A DNA stretch of 62,723 nucleotides, filler included, from Globobulimina sp. (GCA_003354225.1; 10 parts of 10 records of this genome joined end to end with filler, not necessarily neighbours in it), one strand, 5' to 3'. Positions 1 through 14,079 are shown, numbered from the whole stretch's first letter. Made by a program: numbers and translations. The notes: a model not told the origin generated them from the letters alone.

Positions 1-457
1 TTTTTGCAATCATCTCTCATATAAACACGATCATCCATGGAGAGCAACTTTGCGATCATGTCATATTGAAATGAATTGTTTATCATTTCTTCATGGAATT
101 TTAGCCACCATTTTTGTGGTTCGTTAGGAAAAGATCTCGTAAAACTATATAGTTTTGACACTGCATTTTGTAGCCCTTTAAGTTGCGTGAATGTTGCAAT
201 TAAACCATGACATTGGTATGACAGTGGATGAGTTAATGTGCGATCAAAATCTGTTATAATTTGAAATAAGTTTGCTACTTTGGATTGAGGTATGCCTTGT
301 TGACAAATTGAGTTGCGTATTAATTGTACTTTTTCATAGTATCTATTGGTGTAATAAATGTTGGCATCATGCTGATAAAACTAAGTAACAAAAAATGCGT
401 AATATTTGATTGTATAATATCCATAAACTAAACACATGATACCTTGAAAGATGACAT
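1..457 (-). CDS. HAD-family pyrimidine 5'-nucleotidase (NT5C3/UMPH-1-like), 3'-truncated
   Basis: Not in the ORF track. ATG at 457 (MSSFK), GT-AG intron 442..381, then an open frame containing LFQIITDFDRTLT (HAD motif I, as in cytosolic 5'-nucleotidase III) followed by CHGLI. Confidence 0.7.
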
Positions 458-556
458 GTTAAACTCAAAAAGTTTTTCAGTAGTATTAGTATAGGATAAA
501 CATCATAAAAATACACATACAATTTTTACAAATTTAATAGAAAAAAAATTAAGTCA

Positions 557-3500
557 TTAAAAATCATCCTCAGTATCATCATCAGTATCAAGTGCTCTTA
601 TATATGGAATTTGACTGTTTTTTATTTTTTTACAGATATAATATATAATAATAGCAATGATTATCGCACCAATTATACTAAATACGATTATTAATATCAT
701 TGCTACAGTATCCACACCATCGTCAGTAGGCTGTTTTGTTGGTGTCATTGATGGGATATTTGTTGTATTAATGAGGCTGGGATATATTCTCAATGGTGAT
801 GCAGTTGGTTCATTACTGGGTACAATGGTCGGTGATACACTTTTATTTCTCGTAAACAGATTTATATTTAAAATATTAACCGCACCAAAACCATAACTCC
901 ATCCTCGATAATTTTTGGACGATTCCTGCAAAATATTTGCTTCCAAATTAGTAATATTATTTTGCAATAAATCCACCGCTTTCTTAAAATCGTTTTGTAG
1001 CTCGAAACATAGCTCAAATGATGTGGTAAATTCATATAAAATATCATCGTTTGTAAAATTATATTCTGTTATAATTATCTTAGTGGTATCATTATTATTG
1101 TTATTATTTTGCAAATTATCCATATCAAACTCTGTAAACTCAACAGTTTCCTCATTTTGCACTATTCGCCTTCTTGTATTAGCATTCGTAGCAAGGATAT
1201 TATTACAATATAATTGTAAGCCCACCAATGGAATTTGAGTATCAATCCATTTCTTATTAATATAATCCTGTCCGCCAACCACCAGAATACAAGATTGATT
1301 TTGAAATATTATAAAATCAACAAACGGAATCACGCGATTACTTTGCATCCCTTCCATCCGATCATAGGTTGCAAATTCATCATTTTCATTCACTGCCTCA
1401 TCAAAAACTGCATCCAAATCAATAACTTGAATATAATTCGTTGCATTTATGCCATTCCGTCCACCAAATAGATATAATTCATTCCTATCTGTCACAAAAG
1501 GTCTGCTATCAATGACATTATATTTTAATTTAATTCCCGGTAATTTTCTATCATTTCGCTCCTCCTCATCCAATGCAATAAATACAATGTCATTAAACCA
1601 ACTATCTGTATTTTCCAAATCCAAATCGGATGTCTCCGCCACTCCATTTATAACCATAATATATTCTTTATCCATATTTTTATAATACGCACACATTGTA
1701 GCTGCGCGTGCTTTGTCCAACGTTAAATTCGTATAATTTTCGCGTATTAAATATCCACTATTTTTACTATCAATTTTATACACTGCCAATCTATTCATTG
1801 CTGCACCATTTTCCTGTCCACCAACAGCAAATACTCGCATCGTATCATCATCCACAGCAATGCATTGTGCATAACATGGAAATGCATCATCATCCAATAT
1901 TGTACGTGATGTGCCATCAGCAAATCGAACATCTAAACTGCTACAGAATGTGCCACAATTACCACCTCCTTCGCCATATTGAAAAAGTCTCCGTAACCCA
2001 CTGTTTACATTTGGCAATGCGTCCCATTTCTCGCCAGCGATGATCTGATCACTGGAATGTGTTTGATACAGCATTGTCTCAAATATTTGTCGCGTATCAG
2101 TATCACTCACATTCGAATTACAAAACACATCTAAACCAAATTGAATGGATGTATCCACTGCTAAATGGGTGCCTAATTCGCAAGAGCTTGGCTCTGCGAC
2201 AGTTAATAATAAAGGCGTTAATTGTACAGAGTCAAAAATAAATATTCCTCCCGCACATTCATCCACTTTTTGAATATTTATACGCAATAAATAGGTCGTA
2301 TTGGAGTTGAGAATTATTGTTTGGTTAAATGCGAATTCATGGATTGTTTCTGAAAAAAAGGACATAGAATTTGATTCGCCTAATAGCGTTTCATTGAGAT
2401 CCATTATATTAATTTGCATATGATTTCCCAGACAATTTGTTTTAATGAATGATAAAACTTTATCCATTTTCCAAGTATATACAATGCTGTCTTCGGTGCT
2501 GAATTCCCATTGAAAGCTCATCACTGAATCCTGTGTTGTTTGATTGTTTATAATCAATGTTTGATTATCACAGGATACATTATATGCAATTGAATTGAAT
2601 TGAAATGATTTTATACTATTCTCTGATTCATGCGGACAGTAATTAGCAATATCAATTTCGTCATTTGACTGCAGCATTCTTCGTCGTTGCAGTGTGTTGT
2701 TGGTATTGATCACAAACAGATTGATATTGTTTTCATGCAAGGTTTGTTGCAATGCTTGATTGATAACATCAATATTTGTCTGCAGTAATACATATGATGG
2801 ATCTGGTAAAATATTTTCAACAGACATTGCAATTTCAAGGCTAAAACATAAACCATCCGATAATACATCACCTTGCAATCTCCGCCGCGTTTCTGTTTCT
2901 GAGGGAGCATTGCTATGTATTGCATTCAAAGATAAATAATAATGTTAGCATAGAATGTTGCTGATGTTAATAATATATATCCATACCATAGCGGATAGCA
3001 TTTATATTGGTTATTCTCATTGGTATTATTATAGCAATCATGAATGCCATAACCATAACTATGAAATGCAGGGTTATAAAATATACATCCATAATCTTGA
3101 CCAGTTGCATTAAAACTAGGTTGAGGATCGACGCCTCCTTTCCATAAACCACCTTGCGGCCATTTCAGTTCTGGTGGAAATGTGCCACTGCCATCATTCC
3201 ATTTCCATACACCATCCGTTTCAACATCACTGCCACCCAAACAACAGCTAAATATAGAGTTGGACGGAAATATTAATTAAAACCATGGAAACCAATTATT
3301 ATAAATAAATACAACATACTAAGTGGTTCCACTGCCAACACCCGTTTCAGCGCATAAGTCGAAGGCTTGTATAAAATCTTGTTGTGTATGGATGGCGGCG
3401 CCATGAGTTCCATATGTATCCATACATTGTTCATCTGCTGAATCTTGAGTGTATTTAGTATCAATAATCACGTATTTAGGATTTGGATTAAATGCTTCTA

Positions 3501-4265
3501 ATTTATAAAGCGCGCAACAGTGTGCAACGTTATAATCCTGTGAACATTGTCCATTTGTTCCATCATAAGTTACTGTCCCAGTGTCACAAAAGGTCATTGT
3601 ATAATTACCAGGACATATTGAAGAAGATTGAGTGGTGATACAATGTAATTGCTGATGATATGGTATTTGCTGACATTCTGCGATTGGTTCAGCGTCTACG
3701 CACTGTTCACACCGGTTATTGTCATAATCAATACAGCCGAGATAACAGCCAGTTACCTGATGATCATCTGGACATACGGCGGCTGTTTGATATTCAAAAT
3801 GCCAATCTTCAATGACCTGGTTGCAACATATTGCATTCGTTGTGTCCGTTGCTACAATACAGCTGTTATTTATTCTGGCACTGTGTTGTTGGCAGCTTAA
3901 TAAGTATGGATAGTTTCCATTCGGGTTACATGATACGTTTGATATGCCCTCTTCTCGGTATCCCGTGACAGTCTCACATTGGAATGGTAATCGTGTTTTT
4001 TCTGTTCATATAGCATTTAAAAATAACAAATGAAGTGGGGAATGAGTTTATTAGTAACTGTGCCGCTGAAAATGCAAACAAAAGTATGTGATAAAAACAC
4101 GATAAAAACAATTTGTTGTCCATTTGATATTGTTTGTATTGTCAGCGTCACATTCAGTATTTTTATCTCATGACAACCTGGTATGGCTGGACAGGTTTTG
4201 CGCAGATTGTAACAGATGGTGGTCTTGATAAGTTCAACAATGATGAGGAATAATACCGTTGACAT
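557..4265 (-). CDS. Large multi-exon type I membrane protein with a C-type-lectin-like segment and kelch-like repeats
   Basis: Signal-like N-terminus MSTVLFLIIVELIK at 4265. ORFs 3319-3597, 2926-3240 (GGSDVETDGVWKWNDGS, CTL-like) and 557-2929 (VFAVGG, LYLFGG, ILVVGG repeats, PT stalk, C-terminal TM helix plus basic tail) are linked by short GT-AG introns. Exon borders are approximate. Confidence 0.65.
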
Positions 4266-4326
4266 GTTGACTGTAGAAAAAACAACAAAAATTTTTATTT
4301 TAAGTCCACTTATTTTGTCAAACATA

Positions 4327-6199
4327 ATGGCAACCAAATCCGTGTTTTTTTTTTCGCTCACCGTGATCATGTTTGTTACTGCTATTTCATCAATTTTTGT
4401 CAGTCGAAATGGATTAGATGAGCAGAATTGTGGTAATTCGACCGATCAGTCATGTATGTTATCCTTAACACAATGTTATATCATTAACACAACACAAAAC
4501 AATTAAAACAAACCGAAGGTGGGACACTGTACTTTGCGGCAACATTATTAAATGAGAACATCACTGAAGTATACATTATAAATGGACAAAATCCAGCGAT
4601 ATTAAACAATTACATGGCTAACAACCATACCTACCATCCGTGTCTACCACAAACCATTGCGATTCAATCAAACATCCATATCACAATTACTTTTGATGAA
4701 TCTATACAACATATAACAGATTGGTATCCTCAAATTTGTATCGACTATGATCTAAACAATACAAATAACAATAATACGCAGACAAACTATTATATGTTTG
4801 CAGCAACAAAAACACATCTAACCCTTAACAATTTACATATTGATTTATCAGTATACACTGGCATTAATTTTGGAATTATTCGTGTTTCCAATGATTATGA
4901 CAACCAAATTGAAGCACAATTAACATGCAATGATTGTACATTTCAAAATATTGACAATAGCAACGAGCAAAATCAGGAAATGAACATGATTTACTGCACA
5001 AACTCCATAGCATTCAACAATGCCATATTCAGCAATGTCCACAGTATAAACGATTTCATTGTGATGGGAAAAAACACATTTGATATGAACAATATATTGG
5101 TCTCTGACTGCACATTCGACGAATCATTCATTAGAATCGAAGATGTTAGCTACGACTATGGAGCTCCCAATAACATCAATTTCGAAAACTGCCAATTTTC
5201 AAATATCTCTGCTCAAAACAGTCTGGTCAACGACCAGTGGATTTCGTGTGATTTGAGCATATTTAATGTTAATTTCAATGATATTCATCACGGATTTATT
5301 TATCGCGGAGCTTATGAATTTGGCAGTTCTGTGCGCCTGAAAAATATCAAAGTAACCACCTCTCAGTTATTCAGTGACGATATCGATGCTTTGTTTAATT
5401 TTAACTTTGCAGACACTGTCGAGATAGAAAATATTACCGTTGAATATGGCTATGATATCACAAAACGTTGTGTCTATGTCATTGATGCACTCGATTCCCA
5501 TTCTCGAATGAACGCATCCTATGTAGTCATACAATGCGATAATCCAATTGCATTGATATCGAATTTTGTATCCATGACCATCAACAATGCAGTATTGAGC
5601 ATTGATATTAGCGAGGAAGAGATGGAGTTATTGCGACAGCAACATTATGCAGATTATGATTATATAGCTTTAGGATATGTATACCATCCAACCTATGCTC
5701 TGATATCCAATCAAGGCGAGTTATATGTCACTAACATGAGTGTAAAGGGTCTGACCATTGCTCGTAGGATGTTTCATAATTATCATATATTAAATATTGA
5801 CAATTTCCAAGTGATTGCTCATTCTAATTACAGTCCAAACGCACTGCAATCCACTGGCATTATAAAGCAAAGCAGAGCCAGCGCCAATATTACCGTTCGT
5901 AATTCGCTATTTATTGGCGGGTTTAATATAATTCACATCCAAGGAGGGATTGTATCAGTTTATGATACAGCCTTCCAAGATGCGGCTGGCGCGTTTGAGG
6001 TGAAATCGGCAGACAATATTCTAATTTCGGCGTGTACTTTTTATCGTGTTGGCAGGTATTGGAGCAATGTTGCGTATGCCAACCAAAACACACTGCAGAT
6101 TTTGTATATTGAGGGAAATGCTGCAGTCCAACAACGTATCACCATCGAAAACAGTTATTTTTCTGGATATGATGACTTTTGCAGCAGTTTGTTTCTTTT
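4327..6199 (+). CDS. Secreted Asn-rich protein, probable right-handed beta-helix repeats, 3'-truncated
   Basis: ATG at 4327 with a signal peptide. Intron 4454..4518 joins NCGNSTDQSC to GTLYFA in frame with ORF 4614. Repeated xxNCxFxN/IxNSxF motifs. Confidence 0.7.
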
Positions 6200-6299
6200 N
6201 NNNNNNNNNNNNNNNNNNNNNNNNNNNNNNNNNNNNNNNNNNNTTAATTAATTAANNNNNNNNNNNNNNNNNNNNNNNNNNNNNNNNNNNNNNNNNNNN
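6200..6299. other. Artificial contig spacer (N44-TTAATTAATTAA-N44); identical spacers at 12499, 18794, 25089, 31376, 37654, 43930, 50205 and 56465
   Basis: Identical 100-nt spacers carrying stop codons in all six frames; contig lengths decrease monotonically from 6199 to 6159 bp. Confidence 0.98.
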
Positions 6300-6395
6300 G
6301 ATAACTGTCTAAATTGTACGGCTGCAGCGAGAGACATGGTCGCTTAAAGTGATTGACTAAACTTCCAGATAGTTTTCGTATGCTAGTGTCTACAG

Positions 6396-7757
6396 ATGAG
6401 AAAGCATGTAAGTTTCTGCAAGATTCAACGTAGATTATTTGCATCAAGCAAACCCAGAAATAAATTACCAGCCTTAAATAAGCAGAATCACATTGAAAAT
6501 GTTGCCATAGTCAACAAACTGTCAAATTTCAAACCTAAAAAAGCACCAATATCTCGAAGCATACACCCAGAGATCAGAGCAGCTATCAATGAGTGCAAGG
6601 ATTCATATAAAGTGTTAAATACAGTTCGAATGCACAGGCAGACAATTAAACATAGTGCAGTCTATGGAATGGCGATTCCGTTATTTATATACATTTACAA
6701 TGATTGTAATTTCCACGCATTGGATGTAACATCAATACAAACTGCACACATTAATTTAAACACAGTCAAGTCCTTCACAAAGCAATCAGAGTTTGAATGG
6801 TGTATTCCACCATTTACTTACATTCCGAATATTTTCCAATCATCGTCCATAAAACAAATATTACCCATAAATCAGAATGATAATATAATTTATGATGCTA
6901 TTTTTTGTAAAAACGTCAATTGGAATAGTGGAAATTTTACGAGTATAGCACATTTTGTTGTCTTTCCCGCCAGTAATTACAACAAATGCAATGAGCAATC
7001 CTATTCAGTAAAATCCACTAAAACTTTGACAAATGGCCATTGGAGTTTTGTTTTTTGTGGTAACCATGGGATCATTGGTTATCATTCTACGTATTTATAT
7101 CAATTAAAATTAAACGATATACACGATGATAATTTTGAATTTATAAACTTAGGCAGTCAGTCACTTGCAAATTCGCCAATGTATAACGGTCAACTTTTAT
7201 GTTTGAACCGTTTGTCAATGCATTTTCTGACAACAACTGAATCAATATTCGCAATTGAATCATTTGGAAGCTGTATTCCAAGAAATAAAAGCTCAAAGGA
7301 AGTGAATGTTTATTCAAAACGATGTGGAATATTTGATTTAAATAAATTGGAATGGAAAGAGATTGCGAAATATAAACATAATGCACATAAATGGAGTAAA
7401 TATACATTTAAATCTGGAATATGTGACGTATATGATTTGAATAAATTATATTTACTCACAAATATTGGATATTTGAGTGAATATGATTTTGGTAAAAATA
7501 AATGGTATCATTTGTATCAAGATATTAATGATCAACAAATGATATTTTATGATGCTCCAATAATATGGAATTACACACATTCACCAAATGTGGTATATTG
7601 TATTGGGTCAAATACAAAAAACAAAGCAAATATAACTTGTAGATATTTTGATATTCGCGACAATGATAAGAAATGGAGAAAATGCATGGAACATATTGAA
7701 GAACAGTTTGTGAGTAAATTTGGTGGTGGTGGTGGGGCTTCCTTGTTCATGCAATAA
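6396..7757 (+). CDS. Hypothetical protein with a transit-peptide-like N-terminus and a kelch/beta-propeller-like C-terminal part
   Basis: 453-aa ORF; basic, Ser-rich N-terminus; FDLNKLEW, YDFGKNKW and FDIRDNDKKW blade-end motifs. Confidence 0.5.
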   Translation: MRKHVSFCKIQRRLFASSKPRNKLPALNKQNHIENVAIVNKLSNFKPKKAPISRSIHPEIRAAINECKDSYKVLNTVRMHRQTIKHSAVYGMAIPLFIYIYNDCNFHALDVTSIQTAHINLNTVKSFTKQSEFEWCIPPFTYIPNIFQSSSIKQILPINQNDNIIYDAIFCKNVNWNSGNFTSIAHFVVFPASNYNKCNEQSYSVKSTKTLTNGHWSFVFCGNHGIIGYHSTYLYQLKLNDIHDDNFEFINLGSQSLANSPMYNGQLLCLNRLSMHFLTTTESIFAIESFGSCIPRNKSSKEVNVYSKRCGIFDLNKLEWKEIAKYKHNAHKWSKYTFKSGICDVYDLNKLYLLTNIGYLSEYDFGKNKWYHLYQDINDQQMIFYDAPIIWNYTHSPNVVYCIGSNTKNKANITCRYFDIRDNDKKWRKCMEHIEEQFVSKFGGGGGASLFMQ

Positions 7758-10700
7758 ATTATTGGAGGAGTAATCATATTCAGCATAAAATTGTTCAATG
7801 TAATTATTGCAATACTTATAGCCATATTAAATGCTATAAATTGCATAAATTGTATCGCAATAAACCTAAATGGAATTCATATAAACATTGGTGTATGAAA
7901 TGTCATTGCCCTCATTTAGCGATTTATAACTTTCATGGCTTTGCTTCATCAAAATTATTCATGCTGCATTTGAAAACACATTATTTTATTACTATGATCA
8001 ATGATAAAACTCGCATATCGAATATTGATTCTTTTTTACGCTGCGACGAGACGTCATTTGTCTCATTTATTAATTCATTATTCAATGTAAATATGAACTC
8101 GTTATCTCCACTGCCCCCAAATTCCTCTGTAATATCACCACAGCACATAATATTATTGACACCCAATACACCACGTAATCCATCCGTAATTACTGTTGAT
8201 AGCGGCACTGTGGCCGATTTAGACCCCGTTATCACTCCAAATAGTGATGTATTGGTGATTAATTCACCGCATCTCAACACATCTCACACCACCGATTATG
8301 TGATTGGTACTGTAGTGCCATGGGGCGCCGATGGCGATTGTTGGTCATGTATTTGTCATAGTGGCCCTGAAACCGATTGGCGTAGTACCTCTTTTAAGCA
8401 TAAAATTGTCCGTTGTGACTTTTGCTGTACTTATAATCACATTCATTGTTTTGGTCTTACGGTATTATATTCAATTAAATCGAAGTGGCAATCCTTCAAA
8501 CATTGGTGTATGAGATGTGAATGCCCCGATCCAGTGATATATCTCTTTAATGGATTTGCATCATCAAACACATTCACCCAGCAAACTAAAACACATTTAT
8601 TCATCAATCTGGTTAATAATCCATTACGTATATCAAACATAGTATCCTTTGTGGACAGCAACGTGATGACATTTCCTCCGTTTCTTGCTGTTTTATTTTA
8701 TCATAACAAGTCAAGCAATCCTCCCGCTGTTCCAGTCCATCAACATCAACGTGCTCATTCACGACCAAATTCGAGTCACTCATCCGGTAATTCCAAGTCT
8801 TCGTTTACTATCTCCAACAAATCATGTTTAACGTCGATATCTTATCACTCGTTGGACACTATGATTGATACTGGTATCACTAACCAATCTATCACAACTT
8901 ATCAAAGATCCTCAAACCAACGCATCAACACTGTAATTCGGCTCAAACGTATGTCGCGTAATACCAATTTCGATGATATAAAGTCGGATACTCCGCACCA
9001 TCCAAGACAACCCGATGATATACAGTCAGATAATCCATCTGACATTATCTCACAGAAGAAGCGCCACATCTTATTATTGCAATTACGTTTGAAAAAAGCT
9101 ATGAAATTAGCTGTCATTGACACCATTAATAATATCTTTTTGTCTGATGACAAACCACCACTTCCACCTAGAACTCCACATTTATTTGAGATTCCAGACC
9201 CTGACGTTATACCACCATTAGTTAACCACCGCATTTTGCCATATAAGCTGACATTGAACCAGATCCAGTTACGGCGTAAAAAAGCGAATTATCGACGTCT
9301 GAAAATGATCAAGAAACATAAAAAGAAAATCAAGTTAATCTTTTTCAAAGAGGCCGCCCGCGTCGCGCCAACACAGAAACCAACAATTTTGATACCGAAT
9401 TATCAGCCTTGTGCTGCATTGGTGTCAGTCCTTCAGCTCAGCCTCAAATTTGTAAGCATCCCTCAACAGTTCGACTTTAATAACTTACATATTGGTTTAT
9501 TAAATATGGCTCGTAGTGCCAGGTTACAATGGATCTTCAATAAACCTGATGACGACGGAGCTCGGTTCGCATCAAATGACGACGATGATGACGAGAAAGG
9601 TGTGCGGCGACCAAAGATACCAAAGAATGATACCATTTGGTATAATAAGATCCGTTCGGTCTTTACATACTGGGAACTTAATCATATTTCATTCCAAGAC
9701 GAACTCCGCAGCTCTTTTAATAAGAATGTCGTATTTCAAGGTGGCATCAGAAAAGTGATTGAATTCACTGGTAAAATGAATTTGGAAGCATTCCTCAAAG
9801 TTGTTATTGACGAATATCTCGACGAAGCCCAAGCCATCCAACGAAACTCAGTATTTCCTCGCAATCTTACTCAGGAACAGGAAGATGCCATCACCGATAT
9901 CCTCGACCATCCAGCGATTATTCAGAGACCCACAGACAAAACAGGTAATTATGTGTTTACCACAAGTGATTTATATTATACGCAGTCAAGAAAAACAATC
10001 CTGAAACAAAATATGGTGCCATTGACTGATTTTAGTATATCGGATTTTGCATTTAAATTCAATCAGAAGTTATTATTTTGGTTCGAACGCGGAGAGCTTT
10101 CGTTTGAATGGATCGAATTATTGAAAGCAAAGTATCCATATAATTATCATTATAAACTCTCGAACATATACTGTCAATATAAAGACCATAAGCCAGACCC
10201 TAACAAACAGCGCGCAATTAATTCTTCGTGCGGCACGATATTGAAGCCTACCATGCAAATGATATTATACCATCTGATGCCACAATGGAAGGCCCTTAAT
10301 TATCAGATCCAGGATACCAAAGCATTGATGCTGATATTGCTCGAATTGAATGACTTACCCTCACTCCATGAAGCTGCGATGAATGGCACCCTTTTAATTT
10401 TTTCGATGGACGTCGTTGGAATGTATCCATCTATTTTGCATAAGTTAAGCCTTTTGATGCTTTGTTATGTATATAATTTAGTCAATGAATTGAGTTATTC
10501 CCACCCATCTCCTGAATGCGTACGAGATCTCTTATATTTCTGTATTAAAAATAATGTTTCTGACTTTAATGGAGAAACGTTTATCCCAATTAGTGGAATC
10601 GGACAAGGTGTTGACTTCGCAGCACAATTATGTGATTTTGTAATGATTATTTTTGACGTTTTGCTGCAAAACAAAATCTGGGTCAAACAAGTATGTGATT

Positions 10701-12498
10701 TGGAGTTGTTATATTCTGGCCGGTATCGCGATGACTATTTTCTTATTGGCATTGGGGACTTATTTGATGTCTATATGTTAAAAGCAGCAATGAATCATTT
10801 ATTTACTTTTAATACACTGCACACGTCGCCAATCAATGATATATTCGATGAATATCATTTTAATTTAGGTGATAATAAATTGGATGTGGCGAATATTCAG
10901 TTTACGACTGATATTGACAAAATATCACCACATTCTATCCAAATATTGGACGTTATGGTTTTATATAATTTTGAGCTCAAACAATTGGTCTCCAGAGTCT
11001 CTCCAAAGGCAACTGATTCGCACGGATATCTTAACACTAACTCCTGTCATCCGGGAGCTACTTATACTGGCACCATTAATGGAGTTGCTTTACGTATACG
11101 TTCAGTCACTGACGATATCTATTTGGATGCGGCAATGTATGATTATAAATGTTATTTAATTGCCCGCAAATATGACCCACTACTCACCAATGCGATATTT
11201 AATTATTATGCATCATTGACGAAGAAAGAAGCACTGAAACGTTGGAATCCCAATAAATTTAACCCATTTTATCACAAATTTCGTCCGAATAATAAAGATC
11301 AAACAATGTGCGCCCGTTTCGTCCATAAATTCCATCCATTATTAGAGGGCGTCTTTTATCGTATCATTCGGCGAAATTATGCTAAATATATTCAGCATGA
11401 CACCATTTTATCCACAATTATGCCATGCTCATTCTTTACAGAAACATGGCAGAGAGCCGGGCCTAATCTGAAAGAACGATTAACTCCGAACCGTTTCCGC
11501 GATCATAACCACAAAATGGCAGTCGCCCATGATATGAGCTTCGAAAATCGGCTGATTTTGTCTTTATTGGACACCGACACCTTTAACTGTACCGATTTTA
11601 TCATGAACATACGGAAAGATAATGATATTTATGTAACGATTGACGACAAGATATGCAAACGGACCCTGTTGCATGAATGGCGAGGATTTGTCCCTTGCTC
11701 CGTCCTTAAAAGCAAAGGTATTGTATCGAATGTTACTAAAAAATGCCGCTGTAACTACTCAGACTGTTATACCGAACGTAGGAGCTGGAAATGTAAATAT
11801 ACCAACGAAGTGTTCAAAATATCCCAACAATTATCATGTTTTTCGAAGAATATAATATATATCGTTTATTGCAGCCGTTGTTTGCAATTTTATGTCGGGA
11901 AATGTGGCGCTGGCATTAATAATAATCGCTCTCTTCGCGACCGCAACAATGAACATATTGGCGATATTTTGCGTATTTTTAAATCATTGGACCTGAAGGG
12001 CTTTTATGACGAACGCGGTTATTTGGTCCAGGACAATGCCATTATACTTAAAGGAGTCATTAATGTTTTATTGAGCCAGAATTATACGCGCGACATCTTA
12101 CATTTTACCGGTTTGGATAATAGTAACTGCCATAAACATAATAATAAACAGCCCCTTAAGTTCTATCGTATCTTTGCATTAAAACAAGTTAATAAAATCA
12201 CCCGTTCTTTGGTCGAGGCATCGTTATGTCAATTGGAGAAATTCTATCATGGACAAATGTGTTCAATTTTTAGTGGTTTAAATGGAATGGGCGATTTCAA
12301 GAAAGTATGTACATTTACATCTGACTATAAATACAAGGTTAACCAATCAATGATCGATGCTGAATCCGCCCAATTATTGAATTTCAAGTGGAACATTAAT
12401 AAGTTACAGCAGTTCACTATGGAGAAAAAGATTAATTTACAGGACATTTATAGTATGAGCATCGATGATTTATCGAATAAATTGCAGGTTATCAATGC
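7744..12498 (+). mobile_element. Penelope-like retroelement A: tandem PHD-like fingers, RT and C-terminal GIY-YIG endonuclease; 3'-truncated by the contig end
   Basis: RT motifs RPTDKTGN, YKDHK..QRAI, SMDVVGMYPSI, SGIGQG, RYRDD, ILDV; thumb KATDSHGYL..SCHP; EN motifs KNIIYIVYCSRCLQFYVGK, RNNEH, LEKFY..GLN. Confidence 0.9.
7841..12498 (+). CDS. PLE polyprotein (PHD-like, RT, GIY-YIG)
   Basis: Uninterrupted ORF of more than 1550 codons carrying the motifs above; the frame stays open upstream of 7841. Confidence 0.88.
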
Positions 12499-13512
12499 NN
12501 NNNNNNNNNNNNNNNNNNNNNNNNNNNNNNNNNNNNNNNNNNTTAATTAATTAANNNNNNNNNNNNNNNNNNNNNNNNNNNNNNNNNNNNNNNNNNNNAG
12601 TTTATTTTGAGCTATTTCCCATATTCTGCGCTTGTATAGATCTTGAGATATGATCCCATCAATCGGGCAGAGTCCTAAATGTTTTTTTCTAAGTCCTATT
12701 TCTGTAGAACTATAGTAGATGTATGAAATTTAGGGAATAGCAAAGTATAAAACTGTATATTAAATATTATCTTACAATTACAGTGCCTTTAGTATCAATT
12801 ATGTTATTTAAAACCTTGGGCCAACCTTTATTTGCCTACATTTCTCATTCTTGCGGACAATACAACTTTTTTAGTCATTTTCACCAAAACATTCAATTTG
12901 TTTTGATTTTTTCGGATTGTTTTTTTTGAAAACGCTTTCATTAATTCACGTTGGGTGTTCGAAACAAGCTTCCATCAATAATTGATATATCACAAGAAGA
13001 TGTGTCATACCACCGAGTTTATTCGCGCCATAACCATTTGATGGATATACTTCAATGCGATTTTATATGTGTTGATATCCGGTTTTATATTTCTTCTTTT
13101 GAAATGCCTAATATTATTTCGATTTTTCCACCAATGGCTAACACATCGTCGTTAATATTTAAACCCTTGAGACTCCAATGAACGTTTTAAACTGGAAATT
13201 TTAATTGCAGTGGGATCGCGAATCCTATATCTGCCCATCAATTGACATCCTGTGCTCATAATTCTTTGTCTTTCATCAAAAGTTAGATTTGCCATTCTCA
13301 AATTATAAAACTACAGAAATATGACTTAGAAAAAAACATTTAGGACTACTGTTTGATAAACAAAATAAACTGTTTGATAAACCCTACAACATGAGCTATA
13401 TCGCAATATATAAAAGTTATTACTCGCGGAGAACCAGCTCAATACATTGTGTGATGGCAATTCTTGCCGGGTATGGTACAATGAGCTACCATCACATTGG
13501 AATGTCATTCCT

Positions 13513-13953
13513 TTAAATGTAAAACCCGCCGCCGGGTGATGTCACAAACGCAATGCGGGTAATTACTGATGTTGAGACATTAAATGTACCTAAAAAATGG
13601 GCCTCCTCTGCTGCAACGGAAGAATTTGAATATAATACAAAGATGATGCCTGATGTAGGCTGGACAGCAGATGCTATGATGCTATGAAGTGCACCGACAT
13701 CCACATCGACTGTTATCTCGCTTATGAGCGAATTATTTGTTATATTGTAAGATTTTATTAGTGCAATTTGGAAATGAGAAACCAAATCATCATTACAAAC
13801 AGCATTAGCTATATTTGTTAATATAAAGTACAAACGTTTTCTATCGGTATTAGTATATATTTGTTACTAAAATAAAAACATACAATATTGGGCACATTGC
13901 AATTGAGATAATTTAATGACGACAAAGGATAAAAATATACGAATGAATGACAT
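13513..13953 (-). CDS. Small or partial secreted hypothetical protein
   Basis: ATG at 13953 with a hydrophobic signal (MSFIRIFLSFVVIKII), a GTATG-type intron, then ORF 13513-13833. Confidence 0.35.
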
Positions 13954-14079
13954 TGTTTTGGTTGATTCGTTTAGATTCTCTATGCAAAGCGTTGCTAACT
14001 GAAGTAAAAAAAAACGTACAATTTTAGAAAAAGACGCCAAAATCATTCCAATTCAATTCATTTCATTCAAAATAAAAGC

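Noticed and set aside
6200-6299. TTAATTAATTAA palindromes and ORFs ending in X..LIN or X..N
   Set aside because: Artificial spacers between contigs. Gene neighbourhoods across them are meaningless, so the viral contig, the PLEs and the host genes cannot be treated as linked.
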